A DNA stretch of 63,587 nucleotides, counting the filler. It is 5 parts of 5 records of this genome, joined end to end, with 100 filler letters (N's around TTAATTAATTAA, not from the genome) between each part and the next. Parts side by side here need not be neighbours in the genome. Positions count along the whole stretch, not along the records: positions 1 to 10,104 come from SRR2962707_3834; positions 10,205 to 33,860 come from SRR2962707_3835; 3 more parts are not named here. One strand, 5' to 3'. Shown piece by piece: positions 9,600 to 20,682 of the stretch. Made by a program: the position numbers and the translations under genes. The notes beneath the pieces are model-generated. The model ran no database searches and had not been told where the DNA came from. It saw only the letters and a program-made list of their open reading frames with translations. Numbering within the stretch: the first letter of the stretch is position 1; each line of letters starts with the position of its first letter.

Positions 9600-9611
9600 T
9601 GGTTTTAATCC

Positions 9612-10104
9612 CTATCTGCGACCAAACATCTTTTCGATGTCATGGAGTTTCAGTTCGACATAGGTCGGGCGGCCATGATTGCACTGCCCGGAATGCGGGG
9701 TGGCTTCCATCTGACGCAGCAATGCATTCATTTCATCGGCATTGAGCTTTCGCCCCGACCGCACCGAGCCATGACACGCCATGGTCGCGCAGACATACAT
9801 CAGCCGATCTTTAAGCAACATGCCCTGCCCCAGCTCGGCAATTTCATCGGCCATATCGCGCACCAAGGACGCGGCATCAACCTTGCCCAGCATCGCTGGC
9901 ACTTCGCGGACGACAATCGCACCGGGGCCAAAGGGCTCGATCACCAAACCAAGTTCGGCAAATTCGTCAGCCCGGTCGCCAATACGATCCGCCGATGCCT
10001 CGTCAAGCTCGACCACTTCGGGCAAAAGCAATCCCTGTCGCTTGACCCCGCTTTCGGCCAGGTCGGCCTTCATCCGTTCATAGACAATGCGTTCATGGGC
10101 GGCA
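9612..10104 (-). CDS. mutL: DNA mismatch repair protein MutL, C-terminal part (contig edge)
   Basis: Frame open to the contig end reading [18 protein letters not shown] and CNHGRPT endonuclease motifs. Confidence 0.95.
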
Positions 10105-10204
10105 NNNNNNNNNNNNNNNNNNNNNNNNNNNNNNNNNNNNNNNNNNNNTTAATTAATTAANNNNNNNNNNNNNNNNNNNNNNNNNNNNNNNNNNNNNNNN
10201 NNNN
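10105..10204. other. Artificial contig linker
   Basis: 44 N + TTAATTAATTAA (stops in all six frames) + 44 N. Confidence 0.99.
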
Positions 10205-10351
10205 GCCCGGATCAACATTGAGATAGGGGTCGAGTTTGCGCAGCCGCACCCGGTAACCACGGGCCTGCAACAACGCACCAAGGGCGGCCGAGGCAATGCC
10301 TTTACCAAGCGAGGAGACCACGCCGCCAGTTATGAAAACATATCGCGCCAT
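10205..10351 (-). CDS. pyrG: CTP synthase, N-terminal fragment
   Basis: [18 protein letters not shown]...[11 protein letters not shown]. Confidence 0.97.
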
Positions 10352-10453
10352 GGGATCGAACCGATACCTTCAGAAAGTTGATTCCGCCACCACAAAATTT
10401 CGATGACGCATATTAGCGGTGCATAACAGCTGATCTGCCATGAAAACCACATG

Positions 10454-10491
10454 AAAAAACCGGCGGAGGCCAAGTTGCCATCCGCCGGTTT
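10454..10491 (-). terminator. Intrinsic terminator after secG
   Basis: On the minus strand, the AAACCGGCGGA...TCCGCCGGTTT stem is followed by a U-run just after the secG stop. Confidence 0.75.
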
Positions 10492-10506
10492 GCGAAGACT
10501 TTGGCC

Positions 10507-10881
10507 TTACTGGCCGGAAGGAACGTCAGAGGCCGGTGCCTCAGGCGCTGCAGGGATATCACCGGCAGCCGGAGCGGCCGCGCCGCCGAGCTGATCGAGA
10601 ACGCCCGATCCGGTGCCCTGCGTCTGGCTCGGGATCCGGTCGAGAATGTCGGTCGGATTGTCACCGTAGCGGGCCAGGATACCGAGCGCCAGCGAGGTGA
10701 TGAAGAAAGCCGCGGCGAGAATGCCGGTGGTGCGGGTCAGTGCGTTGGCCGCACCGCGCGCAGACATGAAGCCCGAGCCGCCGCCAATACCAAGGCCACC
10801 GCCTTCGGAACGCTGAATCAGCACGATGCCGACAAGCGCCAGCACGATCATGAGATGAATAACAATCAAAACGGTTTGCAT
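10507..10881 (-). CDS. secG: Preprotein translocase subunit SecG
   Basis: MQTVLIVIHLMIVLALVGIVLIQRSEGGGLG; canonical tpiA-secG-pyrG order. Confidence 0.95.
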   Translation of the reverse strand: MQTVLIVIHLMIVLALVGIVLIQRSEGGGLGIGGGSGFMSARGAANALTRTTGILAAAFFITSLALGILARYGDNPTDILDRIPSQTQGTGSGVLDQLGGAAAPAAGDIPAAPEAPASDVPSGQ

Positions 10882-11011
10882 CGGGTTCTTTCCTGCCCCT
10901 GAAGGGCGCAATCTTAGTCCGGTTTGGCGGCTCTTTACACGAGGGCAGCCAGCTTTCCAAGTCCCGTGTGCGCGCAAGAGCAACGGGCGGGCGGATAATA
11001 TCGGTGTTTGC

Positions 11012-11782
11012 TCAGCCCAAAAGGCTTCGGCAGGCCTTACAAATGGCAAGGAAGTCGGCAGCTTTCAAGCTTGCACCGCCGATCAATGCACCATCGACAT
11101 GCGCAATGGCCAGAAGTTCAGCGGCATTGTCAGGCTTGACCGAGCCGCCATAGAGCAGCCGCATCGACGCGCCCTCGCCTGCAAAGCGGCTTGTCATCTC
11201 GGAGCGAATGAAGGCATGGGCTTCGGTGACATCAGTGACAGTCGGCGTCAGGCCGGTGCCAATGGCCCAGACAGGTTCATAGGCGATGACCGTGTCTGCG
11301 GCAGTCGCACCATCGGGCACGGAGCCTGCAAGCTGCGAGCCCAGAACCTTCAGCGTGTCGCCGGATTTGCGCTCGGCTTCGGTTTCACCGATGCAGATGA
11401 CGCGGACAAGACCGGCATCCCTGGCGGCTTCGGCCTTGGCGCGAACCGTCTCGTTACTCTCGCCATGCAGGGTGCGCCGTTCGGAATGACCGACCAGCAC
11501 ATAATCGCCCAGACAGTCGGCAATCATCTGAGCCGAAATGTCGCCGGTAAAGGCGCCGCTCTGCTTGTCATGGCAATCCTGTGCGCCGATGAAGAGCGGG
11601 GTCTGCTCGGCGATTGCCGTGGCCACATAGAGAAGCGTTGCGGGCGGGCAGATCAGCGCGTCGATCTTGTCGGCAAGATCCGGTCCCAGACCTTCGGCAA
11701 TCGCCTTGATCTGATCAAGGTTGTCGCGCGTGCCGTTCATCTTCCAGTTGCCTGCCACAAGCGGGCGAATGTCCGGTGTCAT
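11012..11782 (-). CDS. tpiA: Triosephosphate isomerase
   Basis: [30 protein letters not shown]. Confidence 0.98.
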   Translation of the reverse strand: MTPDIRPLVAGNWKMNGTRDNLDQIKAIAEGLGPDLADKIDALICPPATLLYVATAIAEQTPLFIGAQDCHDKQSGAFTGDISAQMIADCLGDYVLVGHSERRTLHGESNETVRAKAEAARDAGLVRVICIGETEAERKSGDTLKVLGSQLAGSVPDGATAADTVIAYEPVWAIGTGLTPTVTDVTEAHAFIRSEMTSRFAGEGASMRLLYGGSVKPDNAAELLAIAHVDGALIGGASLKAADFLAICKACRSLLG

Positions 11783-11959
11783 CTGAAATCTCCGATCCGA
11801 TTGTCGTTGTGCGGACTTAACAGACCAGCGTTGATTTGCAAACGCCGGCGGGGTGGGAAGGCAGCAACCCGCGCGAATGCGTCCTGGCGGATGCCATCCG
11901 TCCTAAGCCAGATGAAGGTACCCGATTGCCCCGTTACCAACTGGCATGCGCCCCGGATG

Positions 11960-13009
11960 TCAACGTTTGAAGAAGGGCCACTTCCTGGTTTTGGGAACGT
12001 GGATTTTCAACTGGTTGCGACCGGCGCCTTTGGCCTCGTAGAGAGCCACGTCTGCCTTGCGATAGAGATCTTCGGGGCCGGTGGCGTCGGTTGCCATGCA
12101 CAGTCCGAAGCTCATGGTAATGCTTCCACAATCCAACCCGTCATGGTGGTTCTTCAACGGGGTTGATTCGATTGCCAGCCGAATACGCTCGGCGGTTCCT
12201 ATGGCTTGTTCCAGACTGATGCCGTGCAGAATGATGGCGAACTCTTCGCCGCCGGTGCGGGCAATGAAGGAGTCCTTGTCCAGAGTGTTTTTCATCATGG
12301 CCGCAGCCACGCTGAGCACACGGTCCCCAACCTGGTGGCCATAGGTGTCATTGAATGACTTGAAATGATCGATGTCGGTCACAATCAGCGCATGGTGCAT
12401 GCCGCTTTGCTGGCCATCGTATATGGCTGACAATCGGTCATCAAAGGCACGGCGATTGGAAAGTCTGGTGATCGGATCAATGGTGGCCAGACGCTTGTAC
12501 TCTTCGAGTTCGGCCTTGAGCTGCGCCATTTCCTTGGCGCGCTCGATCATCTGATCGATGACAGCGCCGCCTTTTTCCATGGTATCGCCGGTTGCAGACG
12601 ATAACACCTTGACCATTCCGTCCAGGGCATCTGCACTGGACGCGCCGCCATCAGACATGCGCGAGGAGGTTTCACCAAGCAGGTTCGAATATTTCCGTCG
12701 CGTCGACAGATCCTGCTTGACCAGGCTAATGACGCCCTGCATTTCGTCCGAAATTCGTTCTCGTGTCTGGGCGACGCTGCTGACACCATGATGATGCGGC
12801 AGAAATTTCTTTCCAATTTCATCAAGTTGCAACTGGGACGGGCGACGGCCAAGCGCTGCGAATTCCCGAATGAGCGCGGCGTTGGAGGTGTTGAGGAATT
12901 GATACACAAGTTCGTAATTGCGCGGCAGCGATGAAATGCCCTGCTCCCGCATCTTGATAATCACCGTTGCTGCGGGATCGATGCCTTCAACATTCTCCAA
13001 CTGGTCCAC
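11960..13009 (-). CDS. Diguanylate cyclase (GGDEF domain, soluble coiled-coil N-terminus)
   Basis: DPITRLSNRRAF, DIDHFKSFNDTYGH, GGEEF active site. Confidence 0.93.
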   Translation of the reverse strand: MDQLENVEGIDPAATVIIKMREQGISSLPRNYELVYQFLNTSNAALIREFAALGRRPSQLQLDEIGKKFLPHHHGVSSVAQTRERISDEMQGVISLVKQDLSTRRKYSNLLGETSSRMSDGGASSADALDGMVKVLSSATGDTMEKGGAVIDQMIERAKEMAQLKAELEEYKRLATIDPITRLSNRRAFDDRLSAIYDGQQSGMHHALIVTDIDHFKSFNDTYGHQVGDRVLSVAAAMMKNTLDKDSFIARTGGEEFAIILHGISLEQAIGTAERIRLAIESTPLKNHHDGLDCGSITMSFGLCMATDATGPEDLYRKADVALYEAKGAGRNQLKIHVPKTRKWPFFKR

Positions 13010-13179
13010 GATGCAAGCTACCTAAAAAAGCGATAATAATTTCGATGCATATTGAACAATATACATTGATATTTCGCTAATTGCCGGACCTGGTTCAACA
13101 GCCAGCCGCACTATTGTCTATGCCGATCCGCCCCCCTGGAGGAACACTCCAGTTCCACATGTGGCTGCCGGAAGCTGGT

Positions 13180-14091
13180 CTAAGACAGTGGCCGTATCGT
13201 CCCCAACCCCTTTGGGCCGACAAGGAAATCGAGGAAACTGCGGACCTTGGCGGGGAGATAGCTTCGATCAGGGTAGATGGCGCGCAGCGGAACCTTTGGC
13301 CAGGAGACGCTCGGCAGGACTATTTCGAGCAGTCCCTTTGCGATGTCGTCGGTGACCAGCCAGTGCGGCATGAACGCAAACCCCATGCCTTCACGGGCCG
13401 ACATCAGGATCAGGGTCTCGTTGCCGCTGAGCAGAACGGACTTGAAGCGTATGTCGAGTGCATCCTCGCCCGCGCCATAGCGCAGCCGGCCTCCTGTGGC
13501 CATCGGCGCATAGGTGAGAAAGGGTGCATCGGTGAGATCGGCCAATGATGTCGGGCGGCCATGGCGCTTAAGGAATGCGGGCGAAGCGACCAGAGGGAAA
13601 TGCACCTCGGCAAGCTTGCGCGCAATCAACCCCTCACCCAGTGTTTCGGTAACACGCAAGGCCAGATCAAGCCCCTCCTCCACCAGATTGACCATGCGGC
13701 CGCTCAGATCGAGATCCAGCGTCACTTCGGGGTTTTCCAGGCGGTAAGCAGCAATAATTCGGGCAAAAGCCGGACTGGCCATCCACACCGGCGCACTGAG
13801 CTTCAGCGTGCCCCGGGGCGCCAATGATGTTTCCGAAAGCTGCGCTTCAGCCTCATCAAGGCCTTCCAGCAGCGGGCGAACGGTGGCCAGGTAACGTGCT
13901 CCGGCCTCAGTGAGACTGACATTACGGCTGTTGCGGTTGAGCAGCCGCGCGCCGACCCGCGCCTCAACGTGCTGGACGTGCTTGCTGGTCATCGCCGGCG
14001 ACAACCCCAGACGCTCGGCCACAACGGCAAAACTCTTCTGTTCGGCAACCGCCGCAAGCACCCGAAGGCTGAGAAGTGTGTCCATGATCAT
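13180..14091 (-). CDS. LysR family transcriptional regulator (CrgA/DmlR-like)
   Basis: N-terminal HTH (SFAVVAERLGLS...LLNRNSR), VNLVEEGLDLALR, PAKVRSFLDFL. Confidence 0.95.
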   Translation of the reverse strand: MIMDTLLSLRVLAAVAEQKSFAVVAERLGLSPAMTSKHVQHVEARVGARLLNRNSRNVSLTEAGARYLATVRPLLEGLDEAEAQLSETSLAPRGTLKLSAPVWMASPAFARIIAAYRLENPEVTLDLDLSGRMVNLVEEGLDLALRVTETLGEGLIARKLAEVHFPLVASPAFLKRHGRPTSLADLTDAPFLTYAPMATGGRLRYGAGEDALDIRFKSVLLSGNETLILMSAREGMGFAFMPHWLVTDDIAKGLLEIVLPSVSWPKVPLRAIYPDRSYLPAKVRSFLDFLVGPKGLGTIRPLS

Positions 14092-14202
14092 TCACTCACA
14101 GGAAATTCAACATCAAATTTCTAGCAGATGATCTCCTAAACGGAAAGACCTAGAACCTCCTCATACACCAACGACACCCGGCCGCGGGGCACGGGCAACC
14201 AA

Positions 14203-14643
14203 ATGGAGACGATCATGACCACAACACACGAAGTACTCGCACCATCGAACTCAAAATGGCACATCGGCCTTTGGGCCGCGCAAATCGTGCTGGCGCTGCT
14301 TTACGCCATGCCAGCCTACATGAAGCTGATGATGTCGCCGGACGAGCTGATGCAGATGGGTCTGCTGTGGGCCGGCGGCGCTCCGCTCTCACTGGTACGC
14401 TTCATCGGTCTTGCCGAACTTGCCGGCGCAATCGGCCTTATCCTGCCTGCTGCCACCCGCATCATGCCGAAGCTGACAATCTACGCTGCCATGGGTCTGG
14501 TGGCCATCCAGGCGCTGGCGATTCCCTTCCACATCTACCGTGGTGAATTCGAGGCCTTGCCGTTCAACCTGATCTATCTCGGCCTGGCTGTGCTGATCAT
14601 CTGGGGCCGCACCAACAAAGCCCCAATCGCACCACGCGCCTGA
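14203..14643 (+). CDS. DoxX family membrane protein
   Basis: Four TM segments, FIGLAELAGAIGLILP motif; divergent from LysR. Confidence 0.85.
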   Translation: METIMTTTHEVLAPSNSKWHIGLWAAQIVLALLYAMPAYMKLMMSPDELMQMGLLWAGGAPLSLVRFIGLAELAGAIGLILPAATRIMPKLTIYAAMGLVAIQALAIPFHIYRGEFEALPFNLIYLGLAVLIIWGRTNKAPIAPRA

Positions 14644-14708
14644 ACTCAGCGAACCCGCGTTCTGGCCCGCAAGCGGCTGGCCAGAACGCGGCTCAAGGAA
14701 ATCGCACC

Positions 14709-15608
14709 ATGCAGAACCAAGCCGTAATTAACGCAAGCCAAGCAGACAAGAGAACGGCACAGGAACAGTTGAGCTGGAAGACAATCGAACTTCAGGTCAC
14801 CGATCTTGAGCGCTCGACCCATTTCTGGACAGACGCGCTGGGCCTCGTCAACCGGGGCATCGAGAATGCCGGTATAGCCCTTGGTACGAGCCAGCAAACC
14901 CTTTTCATTCTGCACCCCGGCGCGACCGTGCCTGCACATCCACGCCACACCGGACTGTATCATGTTGCGCTGGGCGTTCCTGATCAGGCTGAGTTCTCAC
15001 GCCTGCTCAACCGGCTGATCTCCAGACGCATTCCTTACGCGCCGGTCGATCACCTGATGTCCAAGGCGATCTACATCACGGACCCGGATGGTCTGGGAAT
15101 CGAAATTGCATTCGAAACTCCTGAGCGTTTTGGCCGGTTCGGCGAAATGCTGGGTGGCTTCAAGCTTTATGACGCGCAAGGCAACGTGCACAGCGGCCGG
15201 GAACGGCTGGATGTTAGGAATGAGCTCTTTCATGCCCCCCGCAGCTCGCTGGAAGGGCCACTGCCGGATGCCGCGTTTCTGGCGCACATGCATCTGCAGG
15301 TAAATGCCCTCGAGCCCGCCCTGGACTGGTTCGAAGGTCTCGGTTTTGACCGCAACCTGCTGCTCCCGGACCTCGGCTTTGCCGATCTTGGCGCTGGAGG
15401 CGCCTACACGCACCGGCTGGCGCTCAACACCTGGGCGGGACAAAACCTCACACCGGCACCGGCGAAGATGGCGCGGCTGGTGCGCTACAGACTTGAGATC
15501 AACGATCCCTCAGTTGTCGTGTCCGCCAAGAACCTGAAGAAATCATCATCCGGGCTGACAGGCCGTGACCCCACGGGCACCCAAGTGTCGCTCGTTCATT
15601 CCGCCTAA
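14709..15608 (+). CDS. VOC/glyoxalase family protein, CatE-like (catechol 2,3-dioxygenase-like)
   Basis: TGLYHVAL, DHLMSKAIYITDPDGLGIE, HMHLQV, LALNTW. Confidence 0.8.
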   Translation: MQNQAVINASQADKRTAQEQLSWKTIELQVTDLERSTHFWTDALGLVNRGIENAGIALGTSQQTLFILHPGATVPAHPRHTGLYHVALGVPDQAEFSRLLNRLISRRIPYAPVDHLMSKAIYITDPDGLGIEIAFETPERFGRFGEMLGGFKLYDAQGNVHSGRERLDVRNELFHAPRSSLEGPLPDAAFLAHMHLQVNALEPALDWFEGLGFDRNLLLPDLGFADLGAGGAYTHRLALNTWAGQNLTPAPAKMARLVRYRLEINDPSVVVSAKNLKKSSSGLTGRDPTGTQVSLVHSA

Positions 15609-15626
15609 CTCAGAAGGGAATCAGCC

Positions 15627-16151
15627 ATGGCCTCCGACTCCAGTCCGGAACATTACAGTCCGATCCAGATAGTGCTGCATTGGATTGTGGTGATCGGGGT
15701 AATCACCCAGCTATCCCTCAACGAGCCGATTGTCCGGGTGATCGATGCCTACCGTTCGGGTGAGACACCCCTACCCTCGGACATGACTTTCGCCTGGATC
15801 CACGTCGCTGTCGGCTCGGCGGTCCTGCTTTCGGTCCTGGGACGGCTTTTCCTGCGCGTGCGCCGCGGCGTCCCCAAGCCTGTGCCGGGCACCACACGGC
15901 TTGCGGCCAGATCGGCCGACTTCGTTCACCGGGCGCTTTATGCGCTGCTGCTGGCAGTGGTGGTGACCGGAATACTGACCTGGAACGGTGCAGCTCCGTT
16001 GGGTGGCGTGCATTTCGGCCTTGCGGTGGCGCTTGTGGTGTTGATTGCCGGTCACGCCGGAGCAGCCCTTTACAACCAGTTTGTGCGCAAGGACGGAACG
16101 CTGCTGCGGATGACACGATTTGCCAACAAACAAGCCTGCCCGTGCAGATGA
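15627..16151 (+). CDS. Cytochrome b561-like membrane protein
   Basis: QIVLHW, WIHVAVG, VHRALY and GHAGAALY heme-ligand pattern; DGTLLRM tail. Confidence 0.82.
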   Translation: MASDSSPEHYSPIQIVLHWIVVIGVITQLSLNEPIVRVIDAYRSGETPLPSDMTFAWIHVAVGSAVLLSVLGRLFLRVRRGVPKPVPGTTRLAARSADFVHRALYALLLAVVVTGILTWNGAAPLGGVHFGLAVALVVLIAGHAGAALYNQFVRKDGTLLRMTRFANKQACPCR

Positions 16152-16404
16152 GAGCTGTCCCTCGGCATTTCCGGCAAGATCAACAGGTCCGATGATCAAC
16201 GTCTGGCTGCCAAGCGTGAACAGGCTTCATGCTTAGCAGCCAGATCGGCGCGTCCCGGTGGCTTCAAGCCTGTCTGCGCCACGCAATCGGCGGCGTCACT
16301 CTTCATTTCGTTCAAGGATTGGTCTAAAGGGACGGAGGAGTGGTTTGCCCGACCGGCCATGGAGCCGGGACGCAGCCGATAATGTTGATGCCGCAGGAGC
16401 TTTG

Positions 16405-18294
16405 ATGCTTGATATTTTGCGTAAGGGTGCCCAAGGCTGGGTTGCCAAATTTCTTCTGATCATGCTTGTCGCGTCGTTTGGCGTGTGGGGCATTTCGGGC
16501 TCGATCCTGAGTTCCGGCAGCACCGCTGTGATCACGGTTGGCGACACGGAAGTGAGTCCGAATGAATTTCGTCTCGCTTACGACCGTCAGGTCTCGGCGG
16601 TGGGCCAGCAGATTGGCCAGCGGCTGACGACAGAACAGGCCCGTGCATTCGGTGTCGAAAACCAGGTCTATTCACAACTGATCGCCGGCGCGTTGCTGGA
16701 CGAGCAGGCGCGTGAGATGAACCTTGGGCTGTCGGACGAGCGGCTTGCAACATTGATCGCCGATGACACGGCGTTTCATGATTTCAACGGTCGGTTTGAC
16801 CGCAACAATTTCCGCCGGGTCTTGAGCTCTGTCGGGATGAGCGAAGAAGACTATCTCAAGAGCCGCGGCCAAGTGGCTGTGCGCACCCAGATCGTTGAAG
16901 CGGTTTCCGACGGCTTTGCCGCACCTGACGCCCTGATCAAGGCGCTGGCGCAGTATGATGCGGAAACCCGTGATGTGAATTATCTGCTGCTGACCAAATC
17001 GACCATTGATCCGGTGGCAGCACCCAGCGACAGCGAGCTTTCGACCTGGTTCGAGGAAAACAAGGCCCGGTATGCAGCGCCCGAGTACCGCAAGATCACC
17101 TATGTGAAGCTGCAGAACCAGGACATTGCCGATCCGGCAGCGATTACGGCGGAAACCGCGCGCGCCGACTACGAGGCACGCAAGGATCGCTACACGACGC
17201 CAGAGACGCGCACGATCGACCAGTTGGTGTTTGCCGATCGGGCTGCAGCCGATGCAGCGGCAGCCGAGCTTGCCGGCGGCAAGAGCTTTGACGAGCTGAT
17301 CACCGATCAGGGCCGCACTGCAAATGATGTGCGGATCGGAAGCTTTGCCGAGACCACTGTGCCGGATCAATCGCTTGCCGAGGCCATATTTGCTGTCACA
17401 GAAGCTGGTGGAACCACGCCGGTTGTCGACGGCCAGTTCGGCCCGGTGATCCTGCGGGTCTCCGACATCACGCCCGAATCCTCCAAAAGCTTCGAAGAAG
17501 TCGAGCCGGAAATCCGGGAGCAACTGGCGCTGTCGGAAGCCGCACAGGTGCTTCTGGACGTGCATGATTCCTATGAGGACGCCCGCGCCAGCGGCATGAC
17601 ACTCGCCGAGGCTGCAGCTCAGCAGAAGCTGAAACCGGTGACAATCGACGCAATTGACCGCAGTGGCCAGACACCCGAAGGCACCGTGGTGCGCGACATT
17701 CCCGAATCGCAAGCTCTGCTCAGAGACGCGTTCGATACGGAAGTTGGTGTCGAAACGCCGCCGATCAATATCGGTTCGGAAGGCTTTGTCTGGTTCGAGG
17801 TCAATGACATCACTGCCGCCCGCGACCGGACGCTTGATGAAGTGCGCGACCGGGTTGTTGCCGACTGGACCGCGATGAAGACCGCCGAGGCTTTGGGCGC
17901 CAAGGCCGAGGAGCTGAAACAGCGTCTTGAGAAGGGTGCGGAGCTGTCGGCGATCGCCGAGGAACTTTCCGCAGCGGTGGAAACCAAATACGCCCTGACC
18001 CGCGGCGACGTGGATGCGGTGTTTGGTGAAGCCGCCGTGTCATCGGCGTTCTCCGGCAAGAATGGACTTGTCGAAGTGGCAAATGACGCATCGGGCGAAA
18101 ACCGGATCCTGCTCAAGGTGACGTCGGTCAACGACGCCTCCACCGTGACGGCCGGTTCCGTGTCGCAGGAGCAGCGCGCACAGGTATCCCAGCAGATGGC
18201 CGACGATATTCTCGACCAGCTGGTGGCGCGGCTGCAGGCTGACTACGGTGTATCGATCAACCGCGAGCTGGCCGAACGGGCACTGGCGTTTTAA
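16405..18294 (+). CDS. ppiD: PpiD-like periplasmic chaperone / peptidyl-prolyl isomerase (SurA_N + rotamase)
   Basis: N-terminal anchor MLDILRKGAQGWVAK...SFGVWGI after an AGGAG RBS; usual position upstream of trpD. Confidence 0.88.
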   Translation: MLDILRKGAQGWVAKFLLIMLVASFGVWGISGSILSSGSTAVITVGDTEVSPNEFRLAYDRQVSAVGQQIGQRLTTEQARAFGVENQVYSQLIAGALLDEQAREMNLGLSDERLATLIADDTAFHDFNGRFDRNNFRRVLSSVGMSEEDYLKSRGQVAVRTQIVEAVSDGFAAPDALIKALAQYDAETRDVNYLLLTKSTIDPVAAPSDSELSTWFEENKARYAAPEYRKITYVKLQNQDIADPAAITAETARADYEARKDRYTTPETRTIDQLVFADRAAADAAAAELAGGKSFDELITDQGRTANDVRIGSFAETTVPDQSLAEAIFAVTEAGGTTPVVDGQFGPVILRVSDITPESSKSFEEVEPEIREQLALSEAAQVLLDVHDSYEDARASGMTLAEAAAQQKLKPVTIDAIDRSGQTPEGTVVRDIPESQALLRDAFDTEVGVETPPINIGSEGFVWFEVNDITAARDRTLDEVRDRVVADWTAMKTAEALGAKAEELKQRLEKGAELSAIAEELSAAVETKYALTRGDVDAVFGEAAVSSAFSGKNGLVEVANDASGENRILLKVTSVNDASTVTAGSVSQEQRAQVSQQMADDILDQLVARLQADYGVSINRELAERALAF

Positions 18295-18321
18295 GGACCG
18301 GGAGAACGGGGGGCGTGCAAC

Positions 18322-19356
18322 ATGGCTGATCTCAAGTCATTCATTGCCAAGGTGGCCGAGGGGCAAGCGCTGGACCGGACAGAGGCCCGCTCGGCGTTTG
18401 GCGTCATGATGTCGGGTGATGCCACGCCGTCGCAAATCGGCGGCTTTCTGATGGCGCTCAGAGTGCGCGGCGAGAGCGTCGATGAAATCTATGGCGCCGT
18501 CAGCGTGATGCGCGAGAAGATGTTGCCGGTTTCCGCGCCTGCGGATGCTGTCGACATCGTCGGCACCGGTGGCGACGGCTCGGGCACCTACAATGTGTCG
18601 ACGGCTGCAGCGTTCATCACGGCCGGCGCCGGGGTGAAGGTGGCCAAGCACGGCAACCGGGCGCTGTCGTCGAAATCAGGCACGGCGGACGCCCTGTCCG
18701 CGCTGGGGATTTCGCTTGAGCTTGATCCCAAGGGAATCTCGGCCTGCATTGAAGAGGCAGGGGTTGGCTTCATGTTCGCTCCCGCGCATCATTCGGCGAT
18801 GCGCCATGTCGGCCCCAGCCGGGTGGAGCTTGGCACGCGGACGATTTTCAACCTGCTTGGCCCGCTCTCCAATCCCGCTGGTGTGAAGCGGCAATTGCTC
18901 GGCGTGTTCTCACCGCACTGGCTTGATCCGCTGGCGCAGGTGATGCGTGACCTTGGCTCCGAAACCGTCTGGGTGGTGCATGGCGACGGGCTGGACGAGA
19001 TGACCACGACCGGCGTGACCCAGGTTCATGCACTGGAGAACGGCAAGATCCGCACATTTGATGTCACCCCGGAAGATGTGGGCCTGGCTCGGGCATCGAT
19101 TGACCAGTTGAAGGGCGGCGACGGCGTGCACAATGCGGCAGCGCTGAAGCGGATTCTCGAGGGCGAGAAGAACGCCTACCGCGATATCGCGGTGCTGAAT
19201 GCGGCGGGCGCGCTGGTGATAGCGGGCAAAGCGGAAACGCTTGGCGAGGCCATCGGCATTGCCGCGAATGCGATTGACAGCGGCGCGGCGCTTGGCGCTC
19301 TCGAAAAGCTGGTCAGCGTTTCGCAGGCCCACGCACCGGCACCGAAGGCGGGTTGA
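18322..19356 (+). CDS. trpD: Anthranilate phosphoribosyltransferase
   Basis: [24 protein letters not shown]. Confidence 0.97.
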   Translation: MADLKSFIAKVAEGQALDRTEARSAFGVMMSGDATPSQIGGFLMALRVRGESVDEIYGAVSVMREKMLPVSAPADAVDIVGTGGDGSGTYNVSTAAAFITAGAGVKVAKHGNRALSSKSGTADALSALGISLELDPKGISACIEEAGVGFMFAPAHHSAMRHVGPSRVELGTRTIFNLLGPLSNPAGVKRQLLGVFSPHWLDPLAQVMRDLGSETVWVVHGDGLDEMTTTGVTQVHALENGKIRTFDVTPEDVGLARASIDQLKGGDGVHNAAALKRILEGEKNAYRDIAVLNAAGALVIAGKAETLGEAIGIAANAIDSGAALGALEKLVSVSQAHAPAPKAG

Positions 19357-19360
19357 AGCA

Positions 19361-20176
19361 ATGAGCGACATTCTGACAAAGATCGAGGCCTACAAGCGCG
19401 ACGAGATTACTGCCGCCAAGGCCCTCATTCCGTTCGACGAGATCAAGGCCCGTGCAAAGGACAGCGAAAGCCCGCGCGACTTCATTGGCGCGATCGAGGC
19501 CAAGCACCGGACCGGTGGCTACGGGCTGATTGCCGAAATCAAGAAAGCGAGCCCCTCCAAAGGGCTGATCCGGGCCGATTTCGATCCGCCATCGCTGGCC
19601 AAGGCCTATGAGGCCGGTGGGGCTGCCTGCCTGTCGGTGCTGACAGATGCGCCGTCGTTTCAGGGGGCGCCGGAATTTTTGACCGCAGCGCGTGCGGCTT
19701 GCGCCCTGCCTGCGCTTCGCAAGGATTTCATGTTCGACGTCTATCAGGTGCATGAGGCGCGCGCCTGGGGCGCTGATGCCATCCTGATCATCATGGCGTG
19801 CCTGGATGACTATGATGCCAAGCGGCTCGAGGATGAGGCCCACGCACTCGGCATGGCGGCGCTGATCGAGGTGCATGACGAGGCCGAAACCGAACGGGCC
19901 TTGAAGCTCGACAGCCGGCTGATCGGCGTCAACAACCGCAATTTGCGCAGCTTCGAGGTGTCGCTGACCAACTCCGAGCGGCTGGCGCCGATGGTGCCCG
20001 AGAACCGGATCCTGGTCGGCGAGAGCGGCATCGGCTCGTTTGCCGATTGCCAGCGGCTGTCCAGAAGCGGGATTTCGACCTTCCTCGTAGGCGAAAGCCT
20101 GATGCGGCAGGCGGATGTGACCTCCGCAACCAAAGCCCTGCTGACAGGTGCGCAATCAACCACGGCGGCGGAATAG
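19361..20176 (+). CDS. trpC: Indole-3-glycerol phosphate synthase
   Basis: [28 protein letters not shown]; start at MSDIL. Confidence 0.97.
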   Translation: MSDILTKIEAYKRDEITAAKALIPFDEIKARAKDSESPRDFIGAIEAKHRTGGYGLIAEIKKASPSKGLIRADFDPPSLAKAYEAGGAACLSVLTDAPSFQGAPEFLTAARAACALPALRKDFMFDVYQVHEARAWGADAILIIMACLDDYDAKRLEDEAHALGMAALIEVHDEAETERALKLDSRLIGVNNRNLRSFEVSLTNSERLAPMVPENRILVGESGIGSFADCQRLSRSGISTFLVGESLMRQADVTSATKALLTGAQSTTAAE

Positions 20177-20671
20177 ATGGCTGACGAGAGCGCTCCGCGC
20201 CTGACCCATCTGGCCGAAGACGGCTCGGCTGCGATGGTCGATGTCGGCGACAAGGCCGATACCGTGCGCGTTGCCGAGGCCGTCGGCCATGTGCGGATGA
20301 ATCCTGAAACTCTTGCGCTGATCATTGCAGGCAACATGAAGAAGGGCGACGTCATCGGGGCAGCTCGCATTGCCGGGATCATGGCTGCCAAGCAGACCGC
20401 CAACCTCATTCCGCTGTGCCATCCGCTGGCGCTGACCAAGGTCAGTGTCGAGATCGAGCCGGACGAGGCTTTGCCCGGCTTGCGGGTTCATGCGATGGCA
20501 AAGCTGACCGGAAAGACCGGCGTCGAGATGGAAGCACTGACCGCCGTTTCGGTCACGTGCCTGACGATTTACGACATGGCCAAGGCGGTGGACCGGGGCA
20601 TGGAAATCGACGGCATCAAGGTGCTTGCCAAATCCGGCGGCAAATCCGGCGACTGGAAACTCGACACCTGA
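20177..20671 (+). CDS. moaC: Cyclic pyranopterin monophosphate synthase
   Basis: [29 protein letters not shown]. Confidence 0.97.
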   Translation: MADESAPRLTHLAEDGSAAMVDVGDKADTVRVAEAVGHVRMNPETLALIIAGNMKKGDVIGAARIAGIMAAKQTANLIPLCHPLALTKVSVEIEPDEALPGLRVHAMAKLTGKTGVEMEALTAVSVTCLTIYDMAKAVDRGMEIDGIKVLAKSGGKSGDWKLDT

Positions 20672-20682
20672 AGGAACGACTG

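Noticed and set aside
10149-10160. TTAATTAATTAA palindrome (also at 33905, 39178, 58066) as a regulatory or CtrA-like site
   Set aside because: It is an identical six-frame stop spacer inside N runs, i.e. an assembly artefact.
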